DNA from: Acidobacteriota bacterium
GTDB taxonomy: Bacteria; Acidobacteriota; Terriglobia; Acidiferrales; UBA7541
Direction of reading: 5' to 3'
DNA: 64,000 nt
Assembly (NCBI GenBank): GCA_003224525.1
Contig: QHZB01000212.1
Coordinates: 24,173-88,172, forward strand
Shown: in pieces, positions 30,857-40,715 of the stretch
Layout of the letters: every line of letters starts with the position of its first letter
Numbering within the stretch: position 1 is the stretch's first letter
Notes under the pieces: generated by a model
Told to the model about the DNA's origin: nothing
The model's input: only the letters and a program-made list of their open reading frames with translations
The model's database searches: none
Translations under genes and position numbers: made by a program

Positions 30857-31206
30857 CCTGTACCCAGTTTCGGCGGGGGTTAGTTACAGGGTCAATAGTA
30901 CGGAAGGACCCCCTACCGAGGATTGTGGAAAAGTGGGAGGAACCCGTAAGCATATGGAAAAAGCAAACGAGAAAAGACTCCATGCCGTGGCCGCGCTGGC
31001 CTCCTGCAGGCGCGCGGGCGAAAGCGAATTGCTTGACATTTTGCAAAGAGAGGCTATTGTCGGCGTTCCGGGATTCGATTGGAAACGATGGAAGGACATC
31101 TTGTACGAGATTGGCTGGAGTAGAGCGTCTCACCCGGGGGAAGAAACCCGGCAGCACGGGAATTCATTCACGTAACTCGCAGGATGGTTAGAAGAGGTTT
31201 TCCTTC

Positions 31207-31674
31207 ATGCCGGAAGTTAACGAAACAGTGGTTGCGGGGCTGACAGGATATTACGAATATATTGCAGCGCAGTTGCACAAGTGGGTGGACCCGCTTTCGA
31301 ACGAACAGTTCTGGCGCAAGCCGTATCCTTACGGAAACAGCGTTGGACACCTGGTGCTGCATATGACCGGCAATCTGAACTACTACATCGGAGCTCGCGT
31401 TGCCGGGACCGCATACGTGCGCGACCGCGACCGGGAGTTTACGGACGGGCAGCCACCGCGGAAGGACGAAGCGCTGGGGACGTTTGACCGCACCATGGCG
31501 ATGGTGGCGGCGACGATTCGAAAGCAGAGCGCGGCAGATTGGGGAAGGGCGTACACGGCCGAACGGGAACCGGAAGCTGCGGATCGCTTCCAAATTTTCG
31601 TGCGTTGTGCGGGGCATGCGTATCATCATGTAGGGCAGATCGTTTACCTGAGCCGAGAGTTGGCGAGAACTTAA
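31207..31674 (+). CDS. DinB / DUF1572 family protein
   Basis: NSVGHLVLHMTGNL, RDRDREF, HAYHHVGQI. Confidence 0.88.
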   Translation: MPEVNETVVAGLTGYYEYIAAQLHKWVDPLSNEQFWRKPYPYGNSVGHLVLHMTGNLNYYIGARVAGTAYVRDRDREFTDGQPPRKDEALGTFDRTMAMVAATIRKQSAADWGRAYTAEREPEAADRFQIFVRCAGHAYHHVGQIVYLSRELART

Positions 31675-31737
31675 GGCCGGGAAGCAGCGCCGGCGCGGTG
31701 CAGAGCGGGCATCGCAAGGGCGAGAAGTGAAACGCGA

Positions 31738-31911
31738 GTGGCCGAACAGAGGCAACTAACGAAGGGCAAAGTTGCCCTTTTGCTGGCGCTATCTGCCGTA
31801 GGCGCGATTGCGTCTCGAACGCTGCTGCATGGCTGGCACATCTACCTGGGATTTGCCGTCGTGGGAATTGGTTTGTTCATCGGATTCGTCCGCTGGAACC
31901 GCAGGTATTGA
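31738..31911 (+). CDS. Small two-TM protein (57 aa, below ORF-track cutoff)
   Basis: MAEQRQLTKGKVALLLALSAVGAIASRTLLHGWHIYLGFAVVGIGLFIGFVRWNRRY; fills the gap between co-oriented genes. Confidence 0.55.
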   Translation: MAEQRQLTKGKVALLLALSAVGAIASRTLLHGWHIYLGFAVVGIGLFIGFVRWNRRY

Positions 31912-31947
31912 GTTCACGTCTCTTCGAATGGATGGGAGTATGGAGCA

Positions 31948-34029
31948 ATGCGAAAGGTGGCTTTGATCCCTGTTGCGTTGGCGGCGTGCGGGTTGCTGGT
32001 GCTTTCCACTGGGGCCCAGGAGAAGGCTTCGTCGACGCCCACCATCGACCAGTCGCTGGAATGGAAAGCTGCGTTTAATCCCAAAATTTCGCCGGATGGG
32101 ATGCGCGTGGTTTACGAGCTACAGAAGACGAACTGGGAAGAGAATGCGTTCGAACGAAACTTGTGGATCGCCGACGTCGCCTTGGGCGAATCGCATGCGC
32201 TGACCTCCGCGAAAAAATCGAGCACCAACGCGGGGTGGTCGCCGGACGGAAAATGGATCGCGTTTCTTTCCGACCGGCCGGGACAAATCACGGGAACGCC
32301 CGACGGCAAGAAACAACTCTATGTGATCTCTGCGGATGGCGGCGAAGCGCAGCAACTCACCAAGGTTGAAAACGACGTCAATGCGTTGGAGTGGGCGCCG
32401 GATTCGAAACGGATCGCTTTTTCGATGACCGACCCGGAGCCCAAGGCGCTGAAGGACCGCAAGGAAAAATACGGCGAGTATTCGGTGGTTCACGCTGACT
32501 ACCAGATGATGCATCTTTGGACCACTGAGGTTCCCAGCGGTGGCGCGCCTGTGGCAGAACCGAAGCGGCTGACGGACGGCGATAAATTCAGCGTGGGGGA
32601 ATTTTCATGGTCGCCGGACGGAACGCGCATCGCGTTTAGCGCGCAGAGAGATGCGGACCTGATTTCTTCGGAAACAGCGGACCTGTACGTCGTGACGCTG
32701 AGCGATGGCCTGGTGAAGAAAATTGTGAGCACGCCGGGGCCGGATACAAATCCGCAGTGGTCGCCCAATGGAAAAAACATTGCTTTCGAAACGGCGGCGG
32801 GCGCGAAATATTACTACTACACGAACATGAAGATCGCGGTGGTGGCCGCGGAGGGCGGGACGCCGCAGATTTTGACTGAGACTTTTGATGAAGATCCCGG
32901 ACTCATCGGCTGGGGACCGGATGGAATCTATTTCGCGGCGGAACAGAAGACCTATGCGCATCTTTTCCGGCTGAATCCGGAGACCAAGGCGATCGAGAAA
33001 TTAAGCGCTCCAGATCACCTGGCGGCATTCTCCTTTTCGTTTTCACGCGATTACCGGGAAGTGGCGTATCGCGCGGCGCTCGAGAATCAATACGCCGAGG
33101 TGTTCACGTCCGGCATCGCGCCGTGGCAGGGCAAGAAGCTGACGGCGATGAGCGATCAGCTCAAAGCATTCGCGCTGGCGCACCGCGAAGTGATTTCCTG
33201 GAAGTCGGCGGACGGCACGACGATTGAGGGTGTGCTTTACACACCAGGCGATTTCAGCACCAAGAAAAAATATCCCCTGCTGGTGGTGATTCACGGGGGG
33301 CCCACGGGAGTGGATCAGCCAATCGTCAGCGCGGACCGTTACTATCCGCTCGAGCGGTTTGTGGCCAAGGGGGCGCTGGTGCTGCGGCCGAATTACCGGG
33401 GATCGGCGGGCTATGGCGAAAAATTCCGCGCGCTGAACGTGCGCAACCTTGGCGTCGGCGACTATGCCGATGTCATCTCCGGAGTAGAAGCGCTGATCGC
33501 CAAGGGCTGGGTGGACAAGGAGCGCATGGGATCGATGGGCTGGAGCCAGGGCGGATACATTTCGGCGTTCATCACGGCATCGAGCGACCGCTTCAAGGCG
33601 GTCTCGGTCGGCGCGGGAATTTCCGATTGGATGACGTATTACGCAAATACGGACATCACGCCGTTCACGGCACAATATCTGCACGCCACGCCGTGGGACG
33701 ATCCGGAAATTTACAAGAAGACCTCACCGATCAGCTACATCGCGAAGGCCAAGACGCCGACGCTGATTCAGCACGGCGAGAATGACCGCCGCGTGCCGAT
33801 CCCCAACGCCTTCGAACTGCGGCAGGCGCTGGAGGACCGCGGTGTGCCGGTGAGAATGGTGGTGTACAAGGGATTCGGACACGGCATCACGAAACCGAAA
33901 CAACAACGCGCGGTGATGGAAGAAAACGAAAAATGGTTCGCGCAGTATATCTGGGGCGAGAAACCGCAGGAACCAAAGACGCCTGAGCCGAAAGCGGACA
34001 AGACAAAATCAGCAGCGGTAAATCCTTAG
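31948..34029 (+). CDS. Secreted S9 family peptidase (acylaminoacyl/dipeptidyl type)
   Basis: PD40-like WSPDG repeats, IHGGPT, GWSQGG, ENDRRVP, FGHG. Confidence 0.93.
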   Translation: MRKVALIPVALAACGLLVLSTGAQEKASSTPTIDQSLEWKAAFNPKISPDGMRVVYELQKTNWEENAFERNLWIADVALGESHALTSAKKSSTNAGWSPDGKWIAFLSDRPGQITGTPDGKKQLYVISADGGEAQQLTKVENDVNALEWAPDSKRIAFSMTDPEPKALKDRKEKYGEYSVVHADYQMMHLWTTEVPSGGAPVAEPKRLTDGDKFSVGEFSWSPDGTRIAFSAQRDADLISSETADLYVVTLSDGLVKKIVSTPGPDTNPQWSPNGKNIAFETAAGAKYYYYTNMKIAVVAAEGGTPQILTETFDEDPGLIGWGPDGIYFAAEQKTYAHLFRLNPETKAIEKLSAPDHLAAFSFSFSRDYREVAYRAALENQYAEVFTSGIAPWQGKKLTAMSDQLKAFALAHREVISWKSADGTTIEGVLYTPGDFSTKKKYPLLVVIHGGPTGVDQPIVSADRYYPLERFVAKGALVLRPNYRGSAGYGEKFRALNVRNLGVGDYADVISGVEALIAKGWVDKERMGSMGWSQGGYISAFITASSDRFKAVSVGAGISDWMTYYANTDITPFTAQYLHATPWDDPEIYKKTSPISYIAKAKTPTLIQHGENDRRVPIPNAFELRQALEDRGVPVRMVVYKGFGHGITKPKQQRAVMEENEKWFAQYIWGEKPQEPKTPEPKADKTKSAAVNP

Positions 34030-34457
34030 GTCCGGGAGCGGCTGGAGGTCGGGTTCGACCCAGTCTTCGCGGGCAGCGGCAGTCTCGAGGAGTTCTTTCG
34101 AATAATATTTGGCGAGAAGCTTCGTGTCCTTCAGTTGCGGATGGGCGTTGAGGAACTGTTCGAACGCGTATCCCTCCGGTGTTTCCACCAAGGCGGCGGC
34201 CACCAGCGGATCCAAGCCAGCGTAAGTGTGTGATGGTATTTCTGCGTCGCGCCATGGTGATTCGCGAACCGGCGAATACCTTCCGACATGCGTTCTGCGG
34301 CGCGCGATGCGTCGCTAGATTTCAGCAAGAGCCACGCAACGTGAAGGTGTTCCCGGTGGTGAAAGAGATCGGCGGGAAACGATAGGTCCTCGAAAGCGCG
34401 AAGAAAGTCCTCGTCGCTCCACGCGGAAGCGCCGGAGGTGAATTTGGATTCAGGCAT
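34009..34457 (-). pseudogene. Conserved hypothetical protein, one-base deletion near 34208
   Basis: FHHREHLHVAW..YHHTLTLAWIR continues as LVAAALV..LLAKYYSKELL..WVEPDLQPLP in another frame. Confidence 0.72.
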
Positions 34458-34500
34458 TTGAGTTTGGAAATTCTGAGAGATTCGTGCTCCCTTGATTGTA

Positions 34501-36276
34501 CTACGTCTCCAGCTTGAAGCGGGAGGAGGCCAGGCGATAGAGACGCCGCCAGAGCAGCCGGTTGATGAGCACGACGACGGTGGCCATGATGAGCGTCGAA
34601 GCGAGCAGGACGTCGAAGCGGCCGGAGTCGCTGGCGCTGCTGATGGTGCTGCCGAGGCCAGCGGTCGAAACGATTCTGCCCTGGAAATGAAAATATTCCG
34701 CGACGATGCTGGCGTTCCACGCGCCGCCCGACGCGGTCACCATGCCGGTGAGGAGATACGGAAAAATCGCGGGCAGGATGAGGTGACGCCAGCGATCCCA
34801 GGAGCGGAAGCGGTAGATTTGCGCGGCTTCCTTGAGGTCCGTGGGAATGGCCATGGCGCCGGCGATGACGTTGAAGAGGATGTACCACTGCGTGCCGAGG
34901 AGCATCAGCAGCATGGCGGCAATTTCGAGACCGCCGCGGAGGCCAAGCAGAAAAAGAAGAATAATCGGAAAGAGCGCCGTGGCTGGAATCGAGGCGGCCA
35001 TCTGCACGAGCGGCTGCGCGATGCGCGCCAAGCGAGGATTCGAACCGATGGCGACGCCGGCAGGAATGGTCCAGAGCGCGCCGAGGATGAGCGCGGTGTT
35101 GACGCGCAGAAAACTCAGCGCGGCGCTTTCCAGGAGCTCGTCATAGTCCTCGCGGTGAAGATCGGACAATTCGCGGACCGCGTGGAAAACAGCAAAACCC
35201 AAACCGACCAGCACACCTGCGGCGAGCAGATAGCCGATCCAGCGGCGGACGAGGTTCTGCTTTGGAGCGGAAAAAGTTTCTGCGGCGCGGCGGGCGCCAA
35301 GAGTGAAGGTGAGAGTGAGCCAGTGGAAGACGGGCTGAAGGATGAGGCGATACAAACGGAGGACGATGGAAGCCCGGCCGATGAGTTGGAGCAAAGTGGA
35401 TTGCGCGGCGCCGGAACTTTCAACCTGCTCGAACTTGAACTTGTCCGCCCAAACGATGATCGGCCGCCAAACGACCTGATCGAGGAGAACGATGACGGCG
35501 ATCATGGCGGCGAGGCCCCAAAGAATCGCGCTCGTGTGGCCATGGCTCGCCGCCGTTTGAAGAAAAGAGCCAAGGCCCGGGAGGCGGAAGTCGCGATTGC
35601 CGAGAACGAACATCTCGCAGGCCATGAGAAAAAACCAGCCGCCGGCGACGGACATCATGGAATTCCAGACAAGGCCGATGGTGGAAAAGGGAAGGTCGAG
35701 CTCGGCGAAGCGCTGCCAGCGGCTGAAGCGGTAGATGATCGCGACTTCATGGAGCTCGCGCGGGATGGTCTTCAGCGAAGAATAAAAACTAAAGGCCATG
35801 TTCCACACCTGGCCGGTAAAGATGAGCAGGATGGAGCCGAGCTCGACGCCGAGTTGGCTATGCGGAAAAATTGCCACCATGGCGAGCATGACTCCCGGCA
35901 AGAAGCTGAGCACGGGGATGGACTGGAGAATATCCAGCAGCGGAACCATGATGATTTCGGCGCGTCGGGAGCTGGCCGCGACGTAGCCGTAGGCCAGAGC
36001 AAAAACCAGGCTCAACACATACGCGACGCTGATGCGAACGAGAGAAAACAGAGCGTAGAGAGGGAGGACGCCGGGATTCTGCGAAATCTCGACGTGGGGA
36101 TGGACGGGACCGAGCCAGGAACGGCCAATGGCATAGACGCCAAAAATCGCCGCACAGACAAATAAAAAAACGGCGATATCGATGAGCAAAGCCCAGCTCC
36201 AGCGCGAGCCCGCGGGCCGCGTCACCGCGGGAGGGAGCGGCGTGGCCTGGGCGGTCGAGAGAGTGAGATCCGACAC
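34501..36276 (-). CDS. ABC transporter permease with two TM modules (NitT/TauT type)
   Basis: Repeated LDILQSIP / QMAASIPATA and WNSMMS.AGGW / SGGAWNAS modules. Confidence 0.88.
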   Translation of the reverse strand: MSDLTLSTAQATPLPPAVTRPAGSRWSWALLIDIAVFLFVCAAIFGVYAIGRSWLGPVHPHVEISQNPGVLPLYALFSLVRISVAYVLSLVFALAYGYVAASSRRAEIIMVPLLDILQSIPVLSFLPGVMLAMVAIFPHSQLGVELGSILLIFTGQVWNMAFSFYSSLKTIPRELHEVAIIYRFSRWQRFAELDLPFSTIGLVWNSMMSVAGGWFFLMACEMFVLGNRDFRLPGLGSFLQTAASHGHTSAILWGLAAMIAVIVLLDQVVWRPIIVWADKFKFEQVESSGAAQSTLLQLIGRASIVLRLYRLILQPVFHWLTLTFTLGARRAAETFSAPKQNLVRRWIGYLLAAGVLVGLGFAVFHAVRELSDLHREDYDELLESAALSFLRVNTALILGALWTIPAGVAIGSNPRLARIAQPLVQMAASIPATALFPIILLFLLGLRGGLEIAAMLLMLLGTQWYILFNVIAGAMAIPTDLKEAAQIYRFRSWDRWRHLILPAIFPYLLTGMVTASGGAWNASIVAEYFHFQGRIVSTAGLGSTISSASDSGRFDVLLASTLIMATVVVLINRLLWRRLYRLASSRFKLET

Positions 36277-36283
36277 GGGAGCG

Positions 36284-37609
36284 TCAGGCCTCGGTGAGTG
36301 TTAACTTGCCGGTGGCGGCGTCGTAATCAAAAATTTCGGCGTAGCGGCCCCACTGGATGGCGGTTTCCAGCTGGCGGCGGGATTCTTCCTCACCAAAATG
36401 CTCGTCGAGCAGGTCGCGGAAAAATTCTTCGGACAACGTGCGGTTGGATTTGGCTTTGAGCGCTTGCTCCATCTGGCGGAGCAGCGGGACGTTGGCGAGT
36501 GCTGCCTTTCGAAAGATTGCTTTGCGCGCTTGAATGTCCGCCTGAGCGAACGCCTGGCCCTCCGGAGTGATGACGGCGTCGCCTTCTTCGACGCGAAGCA
36601 TTCCGAGGAGAACAGCAGTATCGACGGTCGGAAGGAGTGCATCAACCTCGAGACTCAGTTCATCGGCGAGGCGATGCAGATCGACACGGCCTCCGCGGTC
36701 GGCGAGAATTTCCAACAGGCCGGCCATGCCGCCGGGGCGGGTATGCGGCAGCATGATGGTCTTCGGCCGCGCGGGCATTCCGGGACCAAAGGTGCGAGAC
36801 GGGGCGGTATCGTGCTGGTGAGCCGGCTGCGTTAGGATGCGGTAGATGGAATCGACCAACTCTAGGAAGTGGGCACCTTGGCGGTCGCGCGGATGCGGAA
36901 TATCAACTTTGAAGTCCGCGTGGATATGCGCGGGATGGCGGCCGAGAACGATGATACGGTCGGCGAGGACGACGGCTTCTTCGATATTGTGAGTAACGAT
37001 GAAAATCGCGCGCGTGGGAATCTTGTGACCGAGCCAGAGCTCGAGGAGCTCGCCGCGGAGGGTTTCCGCGGTGAGGACGTCAAGCGCGGAGAACGGCTCG
37101 TCCATAAAGAGCACTTCGGGCTCGACGACGAGTGCGCGGGCGACGCCGACACGCTGCTTCATGCCACCGGAAAGTTCCTTGGGGTAGGCGGTCTCGAAAC
37201 CGTCGAGGCCGACGGCGTCAATGATGCGCAGGGAGCGCTTGCGGCGCTCGATGGGAAGCATGCCGCGGGCCTCGAGCGGGGCTTCGACGTTTTCGAGAAC
37301 GGTGAGCCAGGGAAAGAGCGCGAAGCTTTGAAAGACGATGGCAACGTTGGGCGATTCGTCGCGGACCGGATGGCCATGCCAGTAGACGGAGCCGGCGCTG
37401 GCCGGAGATAGCCCGGTCAACATGCGGAGCAGAGTGGACTTGCCGCAACCGGAAGGGCCGAGCAGCGCCATGACCTGGCCAGGATAGATGGCGAGATCGC
37501 TGGGAGCGATAACCTGGATGCGGCTGCCGTCGGGCTGCGCGTAGGATTTCTCCAGCTGGCGCGCTTCGATAATCGGAGTGGGAGCGGGTGCGATGTTTGC
37601 GGTGCTCAT
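36284..37609 (-). CDS. ABC ATPase, NitT/TauT type with C-terminal associated domain
   Basis: [37 protein letters not shown]; long C-terminal extension. Confidence 0.92.
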   Translation of the reverse strand: MSTANIAPAPTPIIEARQLEKSYAQPDGSRIQVIAPSDLAIYPGQVMALLGPSGCGKSTLLRMLTGLSPASAGSVYWHGHPVRDESPNVAIVFQSFALFPWLTVLENVEAPLEARGMLPIERRKRSLRIIDAVGLDGFETAYPKELSGGMKQRVGVARALVVEPEVLFMDEPFSALDVLTAETLRGELLELWLGHKIPTRAIFIVTHNIEEAVVLADRIIVLGRHPAHIHADFKVDIPHPRDRQGAHFLELVDSIYRILTQPAHQHDTAPSRTFGPGMPARPKTIMLPHTRPGGMAGLLEILADRGGRVDLHRLADELSLEVDALLPTVDTAVLLGMLRVEEGDAVITPEGQAFAQADIQARKAIFRKAALANVPLLRQMEQALKAKSNRTLSEEFFRDLLDEHFGEEESRRQLETAIQWGRYAEIFDYDAATGKLTLTEA

Positions 37610-37707
37610 GAGCGCGTGTATTATCGCTCAACTGCCGCGTGGCCGCACAGGACGGGACGAGAAATGACGGCTTATTTCGAGCACAGTTACATTGGCATGA
37701 ACACGGC

Positions 37708-39438
37708 ATGACATTTCCCGCCGAAGACCCCAACAGAATGGACGCTACCGCGGGATTTCGCGGGTGGCTGCTCGCGCTGGGCGTTTCCCTGGCGACGTCG
37801 TTGCTGGCGATCGCGCCTTTTTTTTGGATGGGGAACGCTTCGGGGCACGATTTCGGATTTCACGCGGCCTCCTGGTTGGACGTTGCGGGGCAGTGGAGAG
37901 AAGGGATCTTTTTTCCGCGGTGGACGGAGTGGGCGAACTACGGGTTTGGCGAGCCGCGGTTTATTTTTTATCCACCGCTGTCGTGGATGCTGGGGGCGGC
38001 GCTGGGCTTTGTGTTTCCGTGGAATGCCGTGCCGGGAATTTTCATCGTCATCGCGCAGACAATGGCGGGACTTTGTTTGTTTGCGCTGGCGCGGCGATCT
38101 CTGTCGGTGCGCGGGGCGCTCTTTGGCGCCGCGTGTTATGCGGGAAATCCCTATGCGCTGTTGATCGTTTACATGCGCAGTGATTTTGCGGAATTGCTGG
38201 CGTGCGCGCTGATGCCGTTGGTGGTGCTGACGGTGTTGCAACTATGCGAACCGCGGGAGCATCGCCGGCGTTACGCGCCTCGGGCGACGGCGTTCTTCGC
38301 GGTGGTGTTCGCAGCGGTCTGGCTTTGCAATGCGCCTGCCGGGGTGATGGCGAGCTACAGCGTGGCGATTATTTTTGCGTGCGCGGCCGTGTGGGAAAAA
38401 TCTTTGCGGCCGTTGTGGCGCGGCGCGGGCGGATTGGCGTTGGGTTTTGGATTGACGAGTTTTTATCTTCTGCCCGCGGCCTTCGAGCAGCGCTGGGTGA
38501 ATATCGCGCAGGCGCTTTCGTCAGGCTTGCAACCCTCGGACAACTTTCTCTACACCATGATCAACGATCCAGAGCATAACGTGTTCAATGGGATGGCCTC
38601 GAGCGTGGCGATCCTGCTCATGGTGATGACGGGGATCGCGGGGATTGCGGCGCACCGAGGAATTGCTGGGGAAAGGAAAAGCGGTGAGGCAAGACAACTG
38701 TGGCGCGTGCTACTGCTGCTCTCCGCGGCGGCGACGATTCTGATGATTCGCCCCAGTTCGGTTTTTTGGGAGCACCTTCCCAAGCTGCGCTTCGTTCAGT
38801 TTCCCTGGAGATGGATGGCCATCCTGGCGGTGCCGTATGGCTATTTCCTGGCGGCCGCGGTGGCCCGCCGGCGCCTGGGGTGGATCTGGGGCCCGGCCGT
38901 GATTGTGATTATTGGCGGAACAGCCACTTTTCTCGTTCGGAGCGCGTGGTGGGATTCCGAAGACATCCCGGTCTTGCAGGAAGCGATTGCGAAGGACCAG
39001 GGTTTTGAGGGTACAGACGAATACGATCCGGCGGGTGACGATCATTATAATTTGCCGGAAAAAGCGCCGCGCGTGCAGGTTCTCCCGGCCGAGGAATCAG
39101 GGGGAGGGACGCCGAAAGCGGAGATTCGTATCGAGCGATGGACCGCGGAAGAAAAAAACTTGAGTGTAGCTTCCGGTGAGCCCTTGAGAGTGGCGCTGCG
39201 ACTGCTCAACTGTCCAGCGTGGCGCGTGGAGGTGAACGGCAAAACAGTGACACCACAGCACGCGGAGACAAACGCGCAGATGATTCTGTCGCTCTCTCCG
39301 GGAACGCAGCGGATCACGGTACGGTTTGGGCGTACTTCGGATCGCAAATTGGGCCTGGTCATTTCCGTAGTGGCATTGCTGACGCTTCTTGCGCTCTTAA
39401 ACGCCGGGGGCCTGCGCCTTCTTTCCGCAAGCCCCTGA
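37708..39438 (+). CDS. Polytopic membrane protein, PTPS-related/YfhO-like (GT-C glycosyltransferase-like)
   Basis: GHDFGFH, FPRW..YGFGEPRFIFYPPL, QFPWRW, C-terminal YPAW-like NCPAWRVEVNG. Start uncertain (37639-37738). Confidence 0.78.
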   Translation: MTFPAEDPNRMDATAGFRGWLLALGVSLATSLLAIAPFFWMGNASGHDFGFHAASWLDVAGQWREGIFFPRWTEWANYGFGEPRFIFYPPLSWMLGAALGFVFPWNAVPGIFIVIAQTMAGLCLFALARRSLSVRGALFGAACYAGNPYALLIVYMRSDFAELLACALMPLVVLTVLQLCEPREHRRRYAPRATAFFAVVFAAVWLCNAPAGVMASYSVAIIFACAAVWEKSLRPLWRGAGGLALGFGLTSFYLLPAAFEQRWVNIAQALSSGLQPSDNFLYTMINDPEHNVFNGMASSVAILLMVMTGIAGIAAHRGIAGERKSGEARQLWRVLLLLSAAATILMIRPSSVFWEHLPKLRFVQFPWRWMAILAVPYGYFLAAAVARRRLGWIWGPAVIVIIGGTATFLVRSAWWDSEDIPVLQEAIAKDQGFEGTDEYDPAGDDHYNLPEKAPRVQVLPAEESGGGTPKAEIRIERWTAEEKNLSVASGEPLRVALRLLNCPAWRVEVNGKTVTPQHAETNAQMILSLSPGTQRITVRFGRTSDRKLGLVISVVALLTLLALLNAGGLRLLSASP

Positions 39439-39569
39439 GTTGGGACGGTGCAGCTTCGAACATTCCCAGATCGAGTGTTGGGGCGTACCCCCCCGGGCTG
39501 TGAGGTAAAGCTACCTCCGTGAAGGAAAACGGATAGGCGGCACTCGGATTCCGAGGCGCCGTCGTATGG

Positions 39570-39770
39570 ATGCGCCTTCTCGACCAGCACCGCCAGCAAG
39601 GGATCATTCCGCACTCCTCCACGACGCAAGAGAGCAAAGGTGCGAAGTACAAGGGAGCGAACGCCGACTTGGCCGACAAGGTCGTCAGGCAGCTTCTGCG
39701 GGACCTGGACAAGCCTAAGGAGGAGCGCGCCCGTGATTCAAGCAAGAAGCTGGGCGGAGCGCCGCGGTAG
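39570..39770 (+). CDS. Short orphan ORF or gene fragment
   Basis: 66 aa with GC-rich third positions, no clear RBS, no recognised family. Confidence 0.3.
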   Translation: MRLLDQHRQQGIIPHSSTTQESKGAKYKGANADLADKVVRQLLRDLDKPKEERARDSSKKLGGAPR

Positions 39771-39805
39771 TCGCATGGAAATGTGGCTAACAGTTCAGGG
39801 GGATG

Positions 39806-40573
39806 TTAGTTCGCGCCCTTCTCGAGCGCCGCTTTTAGATGCACATTGCTCCCACTGCTAACCTTTAGCTTCTTTTCCCAAGGTTGGAAACCGGTTTTCT
39901 TCACGGAAACTGTGTGCTCACCTGCGGGCACATCGATGTCGGATGGTGTGTTGCCTACAAAGCTGCCATCCATTTCGATGTCAGCGCCGTCGGGAGTCGA
40001 TGTGACCGATAACTTCGCCGTCGTGGGAGTTGTGGCGGGTGCAGGAGCTGCAGGCGATTGTGAGGCTGCGGCTTTGCTCTGTGCTGCTGCTGCGGCTGCC
40101 GCGCGAATGACAGGGCCATGCGCGGTCCAGTCCTGGTCAATGGCCTCGCAGGCGGTCTGTACTGAGCCGCCGAGCGACAGGGTGGACTTGCTGACCACCG
40201 AGTCGCCGCTCACGCGGTTAAACACAGCAACCTTGTTCCTGTGAGTCAGGAATCCCTTCCCGCCCTCATGATCCAGGACGACGACATAATCGCCATTTGC
40301 CTGAATATTGTTAGTCACCACCTGCGGGCAGCGTTCACCGAAAGTCTTGATGATTTCAGCGGTTTGTGGACGTGCTCCGCCGTGTGTCTCACCGCCAAAA
40401 CCTCCGCTGGTCCCTCCACCGGCCCCACGCATTTCCCAAGATTGGCTGTCAGTGATAAACACTCGTGCTTTGTCTTGTGTGGCGGGCGGCTTTTGGTTGT
40501 CCTGAGCAGCCGCAATGGAAATGAATAGCGATAGGGATAGTAGAGATAGCGGGATCGAGATGGTTGTTTTCAT
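39806..40573 (-). CDS. Secreted PEGA domain protein
   Basis: GGAGG RBS, signal peptide, C-terminal VTSTPDGADIEMDG.FVG.TP..GEHTVSVKKTGF. Confidence 0.88.
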   Translation of the reverse strand: MKTTISIPLSLLSLSLFISIAAAQDNQKPPATQDKARVFITDSQSWEMRGAGGGTSGGFGGETHGGARPQTAEIIKTFGERCPQVVTNNIQANGDYVVVLDHEGGKGFLTHRNKVAVFNRVSGDSVVSKSTLSLGGSVQTACEAIDQDWTAHGPVIRAAAAAAAQSKAAASQSPAAPAPATTPTTAKLSVTSTPDGADIEMDGSFVGNTPSDIDVPAGEHTVSVKKTGFQPWEKKLKVSSGSNVHLKAALEKGAN

Positions 40574-40669
40574 CGGAACACCTCCTCTAGGTTATCTAGG
40601 TTACGGCAATGGTAGCATCTCTATGGCTCCTCGCTGTTTCTTTACCAGAGTGGAGCATGCGAAAAGTTA

Positions 40670-40715
40670 CTAGCGGCGATCGACGGTGGGGCGGCGGATG
40701 TCCTGGCCCAGCACT
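40670..40715 (-). repeat. Displaced copy of the phoU 3' end (direct repeat, att-like)
   Basis: 40672-40709 matches 41822-41859 at 36/38; encodes VLGQDIRRPTVDRR* versus VQGQDIRHPTVDRR*. Confidence 0.9.

Noticed and set aside
31085-31175. SAM-I riboswitch
   Set aside because: Only GAAACCCGGCAGC matches; the ATC-AGAG, kink-turn and P1 elements are not evident.
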